Source: Ostreococcus lucimarinus
Taxonomy: Eukaryota
Direction: 5' to 3' (one strand)
DNA length: 64,000 nt
Assembly: GCA_000092065.1 (NCBI GenBank)
Contig: CP000593.1
Within the stretch, counting starts at the first letter, position 1. Each line of letters begins with the position of its first letter. Position numbers and translations under genes: made by a program. This document shows positions 8,842 to 18,559 of the stretch, piece after piece. The notes beneath the pieces were generated by a model that saw only the letters and a program-made list of their open reading frames with translations, did not search any database and was not told where the DNA came from.

Positions 8842-10359
8842 TTACACGAGAATCATGGTGGCGATGGCGACGAAGGTCACCGTCACAAGATTCGCGCCGA
8901 TGCGCGCCGCGGGAGACGCGCCGAGAAGCGCGGCGACGGCGACACGTTGCGCGGAAAGCTGCGCGAGGCACAGACCGTTGACTCGGGCGTTGTCCCACAG
9001 CGTACACTCATTCGCCGTCGTTTTCACGACGACGTCGTTGCTGTTGATGTCTCGGAAGAATCGAGGGCATCCTTCTTGAAGAGTCGTGACGCCCGCGACG
9101 CCATTCAGCCACGACAGACGCACGAGATCTTGCACGACCACAGCCGGATGCACGTAAGAGTCCTCGAACCACGTCAACGACTCGGTCGGCCAAAAGGTTG
9201 AGTGTGAGTACAAGGGATCACCATCGCTGACGTGCTTGTCCAATCGCAAGATCATACCAGTCGACGGTGAAAGACTGGGAAGACCCGGCGCTTCGTTGAA
9301 GGCAAGATTCGTGATGACGGCGGTCTTCGTCGCATCCGTGCTCGGCGTAGTGAACCACGATTCATCGATGACGACGGCAACATTTGCCATATCGGTGAGA
9401 AACGCCGCTTTGCTTGGATACTTGTAATAGCCCGCGCTCGACGTCGCCGCGCTCGGAATGTGAATGCTCAAGCCCGCGGCGGTACAAATGTCTCGCTTGT
9501 AGTCGTCCCAAGTGATTTCGTACGCAGCAGTAACCCAGGCGCACTTGTAACCGGTTGGAATGCCACCTCGAGCTTGCGCCGCGGCGACTTGCCCCGCCAT
9601 GTAATTCCAACGTTCGTACTGGTCGGCGTAGTAACCGCTCGCTTGGGTCTCCTTGTTGAAAAACAAAGAGATAAATTTGATGAACGAAAGTCGCTCGAGC
9701 ATGCCGAGATTCGTGTGCGACGGCGTGAACACCACATCCTTGTCCGAGTTCGAATACCCGGTGTCCCACTCATCCGTGATGACCATCTCCACATTATTGG
9801 TCGAAATACTGTTGTGCCACAGCGTGTAATTGTACTTCGACGCACCCAAATAAATCACGTGACTCGCCGCGAGCGTTCCGTCCTCCTCCGCCTTTTGCAC
9901 GCACGGCGCGTGCACGTACGCCGGATCGATCAACTTCAACTTATCTCGCAATCCGAGCTGTTCGAGGTATCCGACCGCGACGCTCATTCCCGTGGCCACG
10001 CGTTTCACCGGCACCGAGAAGAATCGCGCACCCGCGGGGAACGCCGACCCGTCGACGTCCTGCGTCGGCTGCGTCGTCCCGCACTGGTACAGCACGTACG
10101 TCAACGCCTCGACGCCCGGCAGCGCCTTCGTGCGCACCACCTTGAACGTCTCGGCGTAGGTGACATTGAACCCTTCGCCACCGTCCACGAACGCGCTCGC
10201 GCTTCCCGAGGTGAGATTCCCCGGGGACAAGCGCGCGGCGGCGGGAAAGAAATCTGTCCCGCTCGGCGTCGACGACGTCGCGCAGGCTTGGTTATCCACC
10301 GCCGAGGCGCGCGCGGTGCCGACGAGGGCGAGGAGGGTGAGCAGACGTACGCACGACAT
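8842..10359 (-). CDS. Secreted or cell-surface protein with a bacterial periplasmic-binding-protein-like region (iron-chelate/siderophore-binding type suspected), hydrophobic C-terminal anchor
   Basis: ATG at 10359 gives a classical signal peptide (MSCVRLLTLLALVGTARA|SA). The ORF-track start at 10419 is TTG. The segment FSVPVKRVATGMSVAVGYLEQLGLRDKLKLIDPAYV resembles the N-lobe of class III (FhuD/BtuF-like) binding proteins. The C-terminus ANLVTVTFVAIATMILV is TM- or GPI-signal-like. The CDS itself is solid; the function is tentative. Confidence 0.5.
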   Translation of the reverse strand: MSCVRLLTLLALVGTARASAVDNQACATSSTPSGTDFFPAAARLSPGNLTSGSASAFVDGGEGFNVTYAETFKVVRTKALPGVEALTYVLYQCGTTQPTQDVDGSAFPAGARFFSVPVKRVATGMSVAVGYLEQLGLRDKLKLIDPAYVHAPCVQKAEEDGTLAASHVIYLGASKYNYTLWHNSISTNNVEMVITDEWDTGYSNSDKDVVFTPSHTNLGMLERLSFIKFISLFFNKETQASGYYADQYERWNYMAGQVAAAQARGGIPTGYKCAWVTAAYEITWDDYKRDICTAAGLSIHIPSAATSSAGYYKYPSKAAFLTDMANVAVVIDESWFTTPSTDATKTAVITNLAFNEAPGLPSLSPSTGMILRLDKHVSDGDPLYSHSTFWPTESLTWFEDSYVHPAVVVQDLVRLSWLNGVAGVTTLQEGCPRFFRDINSNDVVVKTTANECTLWDNARVNGLCLAQLSAQRVAVAALLGASPAARIGANLVTVTFVAIATMILV

Positions 10360-10600
10360 CGCGCGAGCGGGCGTCGGCGAGCCGTGGTGTGGCGGAACGT
10401 TGCGATGGGCGGCAGACAAGTTGACGTCTCGTTCGCGAAAAAAACCCTAAAGGTTGCTAGAATAAACGTTCACAAAGCGGTAAATCTTGGAGATAACGCG
10501 CGGCGAGCTAGTGAAGTGCCGCGCGAGATGATGCAAGATGGGATAAGATGAGAGAACGTCGCGCGAGGCGACATCGCGAGGGCGAAGAGCTCATCGAAAC

Positions 10601-12049
10601 TCACGCCGACTTTGATTTGACGCGCTGAGATCCGTGCACGTAATAGTGCTTCCCGACGTCGTTCAAGTTGCCGAACGTCGCCTTCCAGGCCCCATAATAC
10701 GTCAAGACCTTGTAGTTTAAGTTCCACTTCTTCGCAAACGGGACGAATCGGCGGGAGACTTCGGGTTGGCGGAACTGAGGCATATCCGGGAACAGGTGAT
10801 GGATGACTTGGCAGTTCAAGTAGCCCATCAACCAGTTGACGACGCTGTTGTTCGGATTGATGTCGATCGTGTGATCGACGGCGTATCGCACCCACGAGAG
10901 GTGTTTATCGCTCGGCACGACATCCAAGTGCGTGTGAGACGTGGAAAAGTGCGCGAACAAGTAACATCCGCTCGCCCACATCGTCGCCGCGAACAAGCCG
11001 TACGAGGCGATCCAGGAGTAGCCGGTGACGGCTTTGATAACCGCCGTGCGAATGACGTGCGCGGAAAACATCCAAGCCGCTTCTTCGAAGCTTTTGCGTC
11101 GCAGCGCGTTACGCGGGTGCAAGACGAACATCCAGAAGAACAAAACCATACCGGACGTCACGGGCACGAAGGTCCACGCTTGAAGGCGCAACCACAACTT
11201 ACTGAATCCCCGCGGGCGATTTTCTTCAACCGCGGAGTTGAAGAACGCCACCGTGGGAGTGGTGTCGAGATCCATATCGTGTCGCACCTTTTGGGGCGTC
11301 GCGTGATGCTTGTTGTGCATGTTGTTCCACATGTCGCCACTCGACGCCAAGCCGAACCCCGCGGCGAAGGCTTGGATTCGCTTGTCCCACCAAATGTTTC
11401 CAGTCAACGAATTGTGCCCACCCTCGTGCTGCACCCAACCGCATCGCGCGCCGAAGAAACACGAGTACACGATCACGGAAGCGACGTGCCAACGCGCGTG
11501 CATCAACGCCGTGCCGAGCGCGAACATCGCCGCGAGCTCGGCGAATCGATACGCCACGTGCGCCGGCGAGGGCTTAAAAAATCCCTCACGCTCCAATTCC
11601 TTGCGCCACTGCGCGAAATCCTTCAGCATCGCCTCATCTTCGATCGGTTCCCGCGTCGCCGCGTCCACTGGCTTATGCGGCAACGCCGCCAACGCCTTGC
11701 GCGCCTTTTTCGACCGATAATGAAACTCTTTAAAAGCCTCCGTCGCGTCCGCTCCCGTGTTCGACAGCATGTAATAAATAACCGATCCTCCGGGATGCTT
11801 AAAATCCGTCACATCGTATTCCACGCCTTCGATCGTCACGTACCGCCGTTCGAACGTCTTCGCGATCGCGTGCGGCTCCAACTCTTTCGTCCACGCCGTG
11901 ACGCTCGCGTTTCGAGTCTTCTTCCCCGCGTCTTCGCTTCCCATCCCGACCGTCACCGTCGGCGTTCCGCCTTCGCTCAGCGACGACGACGAGCTCGTGC
12001 GTTCGTTCGCCATCGTTCGCGATGTGCCTTCGGTCGTTTCGACGCACAT
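10601..12049 (-). CDS. Front-end Delta6 fatty-acid desaturase with N-terminal cytochrome b5 domain (acyl-CoA-type, Ostreococcus OtD6 family)
   Basis: ATG at 12049. The heme motif HPGG is present (DVTDFKHPGGSVIYY). The three His boxes are QHEGGH, HNKHH and QVIHH, with the front-end Q substitution. By memory it is collinear and highly similar to the characterised O. tauri Delta6-desaturase (MCVET...YYVHG...). Confidence 0.92.
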   Translation of the reverse strand: MCVETTEGTSRTMANERTSSSSSLSEGGTPTVTVGMGSEDAGKKTRNASVTAWTKELEPHAIAKTFERRYVTIEGVEYDVTDFKHPGGSVIYYMLSNTGADATEAFKEFHYRSKKARKALAALPHKPVDAATREPIEDEAMLKDFAQWRKELEREGFFKPSPAHVAYRFAELAAMFALGTALMHARWHVASVIVYSCFFGARCGWVQHEGGHNSLTGNIWWDKRIQAFAAGFGLASSGDMWNNMHNKHHATPQKVRHDMDLDTTPTVAFFNSAVEENRPRGFSKLWLRLQAWTFVPVTSGMVLFFWMFVLHPRNALRRKSFEEAAWMFSAHVIRTAVIKAVTGYSWIASYGLFAATMWASGCYLFAHFSTSHTHLDVVPSDKHLSWVRYAVDHTIDINPNNSVVNWLMGYLNCQVIHHLFPDMPQFRQPEVSRRFVPFAKKWNLNYKVLTYYGAWKATFGNLNDVGKHYYVHGSQRVKSKSA

Positions 12050-12436
12050 CTCTCGCGTTTTAATCAGGATTTAAAGCGAACGATCAGTTTTGTGGAATTC
12101 GTCGCTTTGAACGCGTCTGACGTCGTCGCCGCGCGTCTTCGAGGCGTGCGGCGCGCGCGAAACTTTGATCGCGCGTGTTTGTTTCGCGGTGCGCGCGGTC
12201 ACGGACGCCGCCGCGCGCGCGCGACGACGCGATGTGACGATAAAGCGAGCCGCCAGTGTCATCATCTTGTGCTCCCTGCGTCGCGCGCGAGCGCCGAGCG
12301 CGCGCGTTTTAATGTCGCCTCGCGCGACCGCGCGCGCGGTCGACGCGGTGGTCGTCGCGATCGAATCATCGTCTCTCGCGTTATTCGCACATGCTAATTC
12401 GTTTCAATTCGCTACGTTGAACGTCGCCGCGCGGCG

Positions 12437-14035
12437 TCACTGGAAGTACGCGGTGAGGGAGCGGCGCGCGCGCGTCGGCGGCGCCGGGGAATCGATCGAT
12501 GTCATCGGTTTCGCTTTTGCTCGCGGGATCGGCTCGTTCTCGGTATTTTCTGCGTCGGGGCGCTCTTCGTCGATGTCTTCGACGTCGGGGTCGGCGTCGG
12601 CGTCGGCGTCGAGGACGACCGGGGACGGCGGAAGACCCGCGGCGAGGGCGAGGGCGTTCCCGGGGGTGTTGGGACGTCTCGCCGTTTGAGGCGCGAATGC
12701 GCTGAGAGGGGTGAGCACGGCGGATGATGTCGCCGCGATGGCCTCGTAACGCTCTCGCCAGTACCGAGCGTCGCTCTGGAAGAGCGCGCGCGCGCGGCGT
12801 TCGTGCTCGAGCGCCTCGATGACGTCGATGGAGGCGGCGGGTTTCGAGGGCGACGCCGAGACGGCGGCGCTGGGTGAGGACGCCACTACCGGCGATATCG
12901 GTCGCAGCTGATGCTGTTGCTGCTTTTGGGCGTCCAGTTCGCGCTGGAGCTCGTCGCGTTCGGCGGCGATGGCGTCCAAGTTTTCCTCGAGCGTCTTCAC
13001 TCGTTCCTCCGCCACGTTGACCTCTAACTCCGCCGTCGCCGCGCGTGCATCCGCCAAACGGAGCGCGGCGGCGTTTTCCGTGAAAATTTGACTCGCCTTG
13101 TCCGCGCGAGCAACGATGAGGTCGACGTTCTTTCGAGATTCCACGAGCTGGGCCTCGGCGTCGCTCAGCGCGACGCTCAGCGCGTTTTCTTTCTCGCGGC
13201 TTCGTCGCAGCTCATCCGCGCGCTCTTCGAGCGCGGCTTCGGACTCCCGCAACGTCGACGCCGTCGCCCGAATTTCTTCGTCTCGTTCGGAAAGTAAACT
13301 TCGTAACTCCTCAATCTCTCGCGCGAGCTCCGGCGACGCCCTCTCGCCTTCCTCCGCGGCTCTAAGCCGCGATTTCAAAACGTCTCGCTCCGCCGCCGCC
13401 GTCTCCGCCTTTTCGTTCGCCTCGTCCGCTTCCGCGCGCGACCTCTCGCGCGCATCCTCCAGCTCGCGCTTCGCCGCGTCAAACGTCTCTCTCGTCGCCT
13501 TCGTCTTCGCCTCCGTCTCGACCGCGTTCGCCTTCGTCTCCGCCTCGCGCGCCGCCCTCTCCCTCTCGAGCGCGTCCTCTAATTCCTTCGCCCTCTCGTT
13601 CGCCCTCTCCAGCGCCTCCGCGTCCGTCGTCGACGTCGTCGTCCTCTTCGACGCCTCCGCCCGCGCCAGCGTCCTTCGCAGCGTCGCCCGCAGTTCGTCC
13701 CGCAGCGCGTCCCTTTCCGCCCTCGTCTTCGCCTCTCCCGCCGCCGCTCGATCCCTCGCTTCCTCCATCTCCCTCGCCGTCGCTCGCGCCTCCTCCAGCG
13801 CGCGCTCGCGCGCCTCCAGCGCGCTCGTCAGTCGCCGCACGTCCTCGTCCACGCTCGCGTACGCCTTGCTCAGCCGTCCCGCCTGCGCCGCCGCCGCGCG
13901 CGCGCGCTCCAGCCTCGCCTCGCTCGTCTCCAGCGCCGCGCGCATCCCCTCCAGCTCCCCGCGCAGGCCGTCCACCGTGTCGTCGAACGCGCGCGCGTCG
14001 CCGGGCGACGACGCGCCGCTCGCCGGCGCATCCAT
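12437..14035 (-). CDS. Long coiled-coil protein, function unknown
   Basis: First ATG at 14035 (MDAPASG...); the ORF-track start is GTG. About 330 aa are E/A/R/L-rich heptad-like sequence (ALEERADELRRSREKENALSVALSDAEAQL...), followed by an acidic, proline-containing tail. Confidence 0.65.
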   Translation of the reverse strand: MDAPASGASSPGDARAFDDTVDGLRGELEGMRAALETSEARLERARAAAAQAGRLSKAYASVDEDVRRLTSALEARERALEEARATAREMEEARDRAAAGEAKTRAERDALRDELRATLRRTLARAEASKRTTTSTTDAEALERANERAKELEDALERERAAREAETKANAVETEAKTKATRETFDAAKRELEDARERSRAEADEANEKAETAAAERDVLKSRLRAAEEGERASPELAREIEELRSLLSERDEEIRATASTLRESEAALEERADELRRSREKENALSVALSDAEAQLVESRKNVDLIVARADKASQIFTENAAALRLADARAATAELEVNVAEERVKTLEENLDAIAAERDELQRELDAQKQQQHQLRPISPVVASSPSAAVSASPSKPAASIDVIEALEHERRARALFQSDARYWRERYEAIAATSSAVLTPLSAFAPQTARRPNTPGNALALAAGLPPSPVVLDADADADPDVEDIDEERPDAENTENEPIPRAKAKPMTSIDSPAPPTRARRSLTAYFQ

Positions 14036-14281
14036 CGCGCCGCGGTGTGCCGTCGATCGATCGCTCGGCGCGCGCGCGCGTCGACCGCGCGAGGTTCGCG
14101 GCGCGCGCGCGATCGACGACGCGAGGGTCGCGCGATCGCGCGTCGATCGATCGCGCGCGCGGCCGCGCGACCGCGTCGATCGATCGCGCGCGCGCCGCGT
14201 CGATCGATGCGTCGTCGATCGACGCGCGCGCGCGATCGACGACGCGGCGGTCGCGCGATGGCGCGCGCGATCGATCGCGCG

Positions 14282-14301
14282 CGGTGGTGACGTCACCACC
14301 G
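14282..14301. promoter_or_regulatory. 20-bp perfect palindrome cggtggtgacgtcaccaccg with a TGACGTCA (CRE/bZIP-type, ACGT) core
   Basis: Exact reverse-complement symmetry, checked base by base. It lies 73 bp upstream of the HCF136 ATG, in a 338-bp divergent intergenic region. Confidence 0.5.
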
Positions 14302-14373
14302 GGCGCGGCGGCGACGCGCCGGCGCGCGGCGCGGCGCGGCGCACACCGACGCGCGCGCGCACGACCGCGCGCG

Positions 14374-15657
14374 ATGACGACGAGCGCGACGGCGACGACG
14401 GCGACGACGGCGACGGCGCGACGCGCGACGGCGCGCGCGCGCGACGCGGGGTCGAGACGGGCGCGAGGGGGGGCGCGATCGCGCGCGCGAGCGACGACGC
14501 GGACGACGACGGCGACGCGGGCGACGACGGAGGGCGCGGGGGAGGACGCGAGCGCGGAGGGGAAGATGCCGCGACGCGCGCTGGCGGTGAAGACGGCGAC
14601 GCTCGTCGCGGCGCTGAGCGCGCTGCCGATGGATAAGCGCGCGCTCGCCGAGGGTTCGATCGAGAGCTCGTACTGGGAGCAAGTGGAGCTGCCGCTGGAG
14701 CCGGGAGTGATTCTGCTGGACATCGCGTTCAGTTCGAACGATCCCAAGCACGGGTTCTTGCTCGGGACGAGGCAGACGGTGCTCGAGACGAAGGACGGAG
14801 GGAAGACGTGGGACGTGCGCGACTTGAGCGGATTGTTGGACGACGACGTGAATTATCGCTTTAATAGCGTGTCGTTTTGCGGCGACGAGGGATGGATCAT
14901 CGGTAAGCCGGCGGTGTTGTTGCACACGACCGATGGTGGCGCGAACTGGGAGCGCGTCGGGTTGAGCCCGCGACTTCCGGGGGCGCCGGTGTTGATCACG
15001 GCGGTGCAAGATAACGGCACGGCTGAGATGGTGACGGACGAGGGGGCGATTTACTTCACCAAGGACGCGGCGCGCAACTGGAAGGCTGCGGTCGAGGAGA
15101 CCGTCTCCGCGACGTTGAACCGCACGGTGAGCTCTGGTATCACCGGCGCTTCGTATTACACGGGCACGTTCTCCACGATCTCGCGCAACGACAACGGCGA
15201 GTACCTCGGTTTAAGCTCTCGCGGGAACTTTTACATGTCTTGGGCGCCGGGTCAGGCGTACTGGCAACCGCACAACAGAACGTCCGCGCGTCGGGTGCAA
15301 AGCATGGGCTGGCGCCCGGATGGCGGGATTTGGGAGCTTACCCGCGGCGGTGGCATCTTCTTCTCCGCCGAAACCGGCCTCCCGGAGGAGGATTCTGAAT
15401 TCAACGAAGGTAGAATCGGCTCTCGCGGCTTTGGTCTGCTCGACTTGGGTTACACCCCGAGCGGCAAGACGTTCTGGACCGTGGGTGGCTCTGGAAGCGT
15501 GTTTTACTCTACCGACGCCGGTAAGTCATGGAAGCGCGACCGCGGCACGGACAACGTCGCGGCGAACCTCTACAACGTCAAGTTCCAAAGCGAAGATCAA
15601 GGATTTATTCTCGGCAACGACGGTATTCTCTTGCGTTTCACCGGCGCCAAGTTGTAA
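14374..15657 (+). CDS. HCF136: Photosystem II stability/assembly factor HCF136 (Ycf48 homologue), plastid/lumen-targeted
   Basis: Near-continuous identity blocks with plant HCF136: HGFLLGTRQT.LETKDGG.TW, NYRFNS.SF.G.EGWIIGKPA.LL.T.DGG, AEMVTDEGAIY, ETVSATLNRTVSSGI.GASYYTGTFS, SSRGNF...W.PGQ.YWQPHNR...RR.Q.MGWR.DGG, AANLY.VKF. First ATG at 14374. The leader has an RR-containing hydrophobic segment (MPRRALAVKTATLVAALSALP), consistent with a bipartite signal. Confidence 0.92.
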   Translation: MTTSATATTATTATARRATARARDAGSRRARGGARSRARATTRTTTATRATTEGAGEDASAEGKMPRRALAVKTATLVAALSALPMDKRALAEGSIESSYWEQVELPLEPGVILLDIAFSSNDPKHGFLLGTRQTVLETKDGGKTWDVRDLSGLLDDDVNYRFNSVSFCGDEGWIIGKPAVLLHTTDGGANWERVGLSPRLPGAPVLITAVQDNGTAEMVTDEGAIYFTKDAARNWKAAVEETVSATLNRTVSSGITGASYYTGTFSTISRNDNGEYLGLSSRGNFYMSWAPGQAYWQPHNRTSARRVQSMGWRPDGGIWELTRGGGIFFSAETGLPEEDSEFNEGRIGSRGFGLLDLGYTPSGKTFWTVGGSGSVFYSTDAGKSWKRDRGTDNVAANLYNVKFQSEDQGFILGNDGILLRFTGAKL

Positions 15658-15838
15658 CGGGCTGCCACAATTGAGCAGCACCCCGCGTCGCGCGTGAAAT
15701 TGCATGTAATAAATCTTCGAATTCGTTCAAATCCTGCGTATGCTTTACACGTCCTACATAAATGCGAGTCGATTCGTCGAGAGAAAGAATGGAGTTGCGC
15801 GCGCGCGTTCGTTTGCGTTCGCGCGATACTGTGTGATA

Positions 15839-17260
15839 CTACTTGAACTGCATGTTTTGCAGTTTTCCTTGCCGAGTCAGGAGATCGCTCAGAAGATCAT
15901 CCGACGACCCCCCGCGATTGAGTCTATGAAACTGTCGACGATGTAACTCGTAAAGCTCTTTCAAAGATTCGGTGTACAGGGCGTGGTACTTGTCGATGAT
16001 TTCGTTTGACGGATCGACGACTTTGGGCACGGCGATGGGATTGCCCACGACGACTTCGATCGGCTCACGCTTCGGAAGCACACCTTTGCGACCAAAGATT
16101 CGACGCCACATGCCTCGACTGAGCGACCGCCCGTAAAAAGCAGGCGGCGTGATGCCAATGAGTTGTTTGATGTACATTTGGAAATTCCTCAATCGTCCGC
16201 CTTCGGGATTTTCCACTTGTTCGAAGATGTCATTCTCGCCGAACGCGAACACGGGCACGAGCGATGCTCCTGTGCGAAGAGCCATCTTTACGAACCCCTT
16301 GCGTCTGGCGAGCGTGAGCGTGGCCCAGCCCGGACGCGCGTCCAACGCTTCGGAGGCGCCGCCGATGACTATGGCGACGGACGCCCCCGGCGCGCGCGTC
16401 AGATTCGTCTCCACGCTCGACTTGGTCACGCTATTGATCCCGAGCCCCATCAACACCTCGCGAGTGAACGGGAACTTGAAGTTCATGGACAGCGTGAGAA
16501 GACGCAAATCGAGTCCCGGAAATGCTTCGTAAAATCCCGTCGCCTCGGTGGCGAACGTCAACAACGCGCCGACGCCGATGACGCCGTGCGGATGATAACC
16601 GAACAAGTAATTACCGCTCGGATCTAACTTCGCGCTCACGTGTAATCGCACCGGAAAATACTCCGCCAAAATCCTCCAAAACGGTAACCGCCGAGACCAT
16701 CGAGCGAAACGCTTCCCCGAGCTCGCCGTCTTCCTGTCGAGCGTCGCGTACCACGCGATGTACCCCAGGAAGAAATTCTTCAACCACATCGACGGCCCGA
16801 ACACGCAATACGCGGGATATACGAATATCGCGCTCAGTATCCACGCGTATATCATCACCACGATCCCCACCTGCTCCGCGTGCGGCCCGTGTTCCGTGCC
16901 GTTCGTCACGAAGACGCTCTTCACCAGCGCCGTAAAGTACAACCCGAGCGGCACGAACGCCGCGCCGATCACCGCGTACCACAGGTAAAAGTTCCCCAGC
17001 CAAAACACCAAGCCTACGTTTTCGCATCCATTCGTCCATCCGTCAGTCGTCGTCCGCGATCCGTGATCCGTTTCGTCGTCGCGCGCTCGTCTAGATTTGG
17101 ATTATCTCTCCACCCGCGCGTCTCCCCATCGCTCGTCCATCGCTCGTCCATCGCGTCGCCCATCGCGCCATCGCGCGCGCGCACCTCCTAATTTATGTCG
17201 CGTCGCCGTCGCCATCGCCGGCGGTTCGACGAACGTCGCGAGCGCCTCGGCGCCGCGCAT
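15839..17260 (-). CDS. DGAT2: Diacylglycerol O-acyltransferase type 2 (DGAT2), 2 exons: 17260..17185 and 17013..15839
   Basis: DGAT2 signatures are present: EYFPVRL, GYHPHGVIGVGA, FPFTREVLMGLG, RKGFVKMALRTGASLVPVFAFGEND. The ORF-track start at 17011 is TTG, and the frame has no ATG until residue 53. The upstream exon MRGAEALATFVEPPAMATATRHKLG joins in phase 1, recreating GGC. An alternative ATG lies at 17215. Confidence 0.8.
17014..17184 (-). other. Predicted DGAT2 intron (171 nt)
   Basis: Donor G|GTGCGC; ACTGAC (plus-strand gtcagt at 17042-17047) 29 nt before the acceptor TAG. Phase 1 matches on both sides. Confidence 0.6.
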
Positions 17261-17635
17261 CCCGCTCGACGCGCGTCGAAGCAGAAATCGTTTCTGCGCG
17301 TCCTCGCGCGCGTCGCTCGACGACGCGCGCGCGAGCGAGATGGCGGCCGCGACGCCGTCTCTTTCGCGCCGTCGCTCGACGGCGTCGCGACGCGCGGGCG
17401 CCATGGCGCGCGCGGCGACGCGCGACGCAGTGCCGTCGGCAGAGCACGACGCGCGCGGACGACGACGACGCGACGACGCGACGGATCCACGACGCGACGA
17501 CGCGACGGATCGACGACGCGCGAGCGACGACGCGGCGCGCGCGAGAGCGAGAGCGCGCGCGCGCGCGACGCGCGACGCGAGCGCGCGACAACCGATTGGT
17601 GTTGAGAAAAGTTTGACGACGAAGACGGCGCGACG

Positions 17636-18496
17636 ATGGCGCGACGACGCGTGCCGGGACTCAAATCGTTCCTTCGGGCGTTGTTGCGGCTGACGAACGG
17701 CGCGCTGCTCGCGGGCGGACTCGCGACGGCGTTGTTTGCGTTTCACTTGTGGTTGGGATTTAACAAGCGGCGCGTCGGGCTGGACGGTTTGGATTGGGAC
17801 GACGGGCCGGACGCGCGGACGCCCGCGACGGTGGACGTGAGCGAGAACGCGACGGCGATTGAACAGACGAAGGCGCGGGTGCATAATTTCTTTGAGACGG
17901 AACCGTGGTTCGTGTACTTTATCGGGGGGAGCGGAGCGTTTTGCGCGGCGACGGCGTGGTTGGGATTGGCGGGCGCGGAGAACGGGAACGCGTGTTGTTT
18001 GGGAATGTACGCGCATCAGGTGATGTGGATGGTGATATTGCAAGCTGGGTTGGCGGCGTACGTGTCGAGTGGTAAGGCGTACGCGTCGGCGCCGACGGAT
18101 GTGACGGGGGCGTACGCCAACGCGTGGTCCTTCATGGAGGAGCACGAGAACGCGGTGACGTCGCTCGTCCTCGTCGTCTTCTTCGTGCAAATTTTGAGCA
18201 TCATATTAGCGATCGCTTTACGGCGAGCGGCGACCGAAAGCGGTGGTGTGGATAGCGATGACGAGGAAGATAGCTACTACGAGGACACGTACGGGGATCG
18301 CGAACGCGCGCCCCTCGTCGGGAGCTCGCGAGTAGAGATGGAACGCGCGGGCGATAGTGCTTGGCGCATTAGGATGCGCGAAAAGTACGGATTAGACACC
18401 GCTAACTTCGAGCACAGCCCATCGCGGCCGCCGCCGTCTCGAGTGTCGCGAGAGAAGCAGCGCGAGCGCGACGCCAACGCGTGCGTCATCATGTGA
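17636..18496 (+). CDS. Four-pass tetraspanin-like membrane protein with a C-terminal CaaX box (TOM2A-like)
   Basis: ATG at 17636, 286 aa, four hydrophobic helices, acidic tail, terminal CVIM (a farnesylation-type CaaX). The size and the 4-TM plus CaaX architecture match plant TOM2A as I remember it. Confidence 0.55.
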   Translation: MARRRVPGLKSFLRALLRLTNGALLAGGLATALFAFHLWLGFNKRRVGLDGLDWDDGPDARTPATVDVSENATAIEQTKARVHNFFETEPWFVYFIGGSGAFCAATAWLGLAGAENGNACCLGMYAHQVMWMVILQAGLAAYVSSGKAYASAPTDVTGAYANAWSFMEEHENAVTSLVLVVFFVQILSIILAIALRRAATESGGVDSDDEEDSYYEDTYGDRERAPLVGSSRVEMERAGDSAWRIRMREKYGLDTANFEHSPSRPPPSRVSREKQRERDANACVIM

Positions 18497-18559
18497 GAAT
18501 TCATTGCAATGTTCCATCATCTTTTATTCCCTTCTTCTATTCGTATCGTGTCTGTCTAA

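Noticed and set aside
10442-10450. AAACCCTAA telo-box / interstitial telomere-like motif about 85 bp upstream of the surface-protein gene.
   Set aside because: It is a single 9-mer with no repeat context. I cannot distinguish it from chance without genome-wide statistics.
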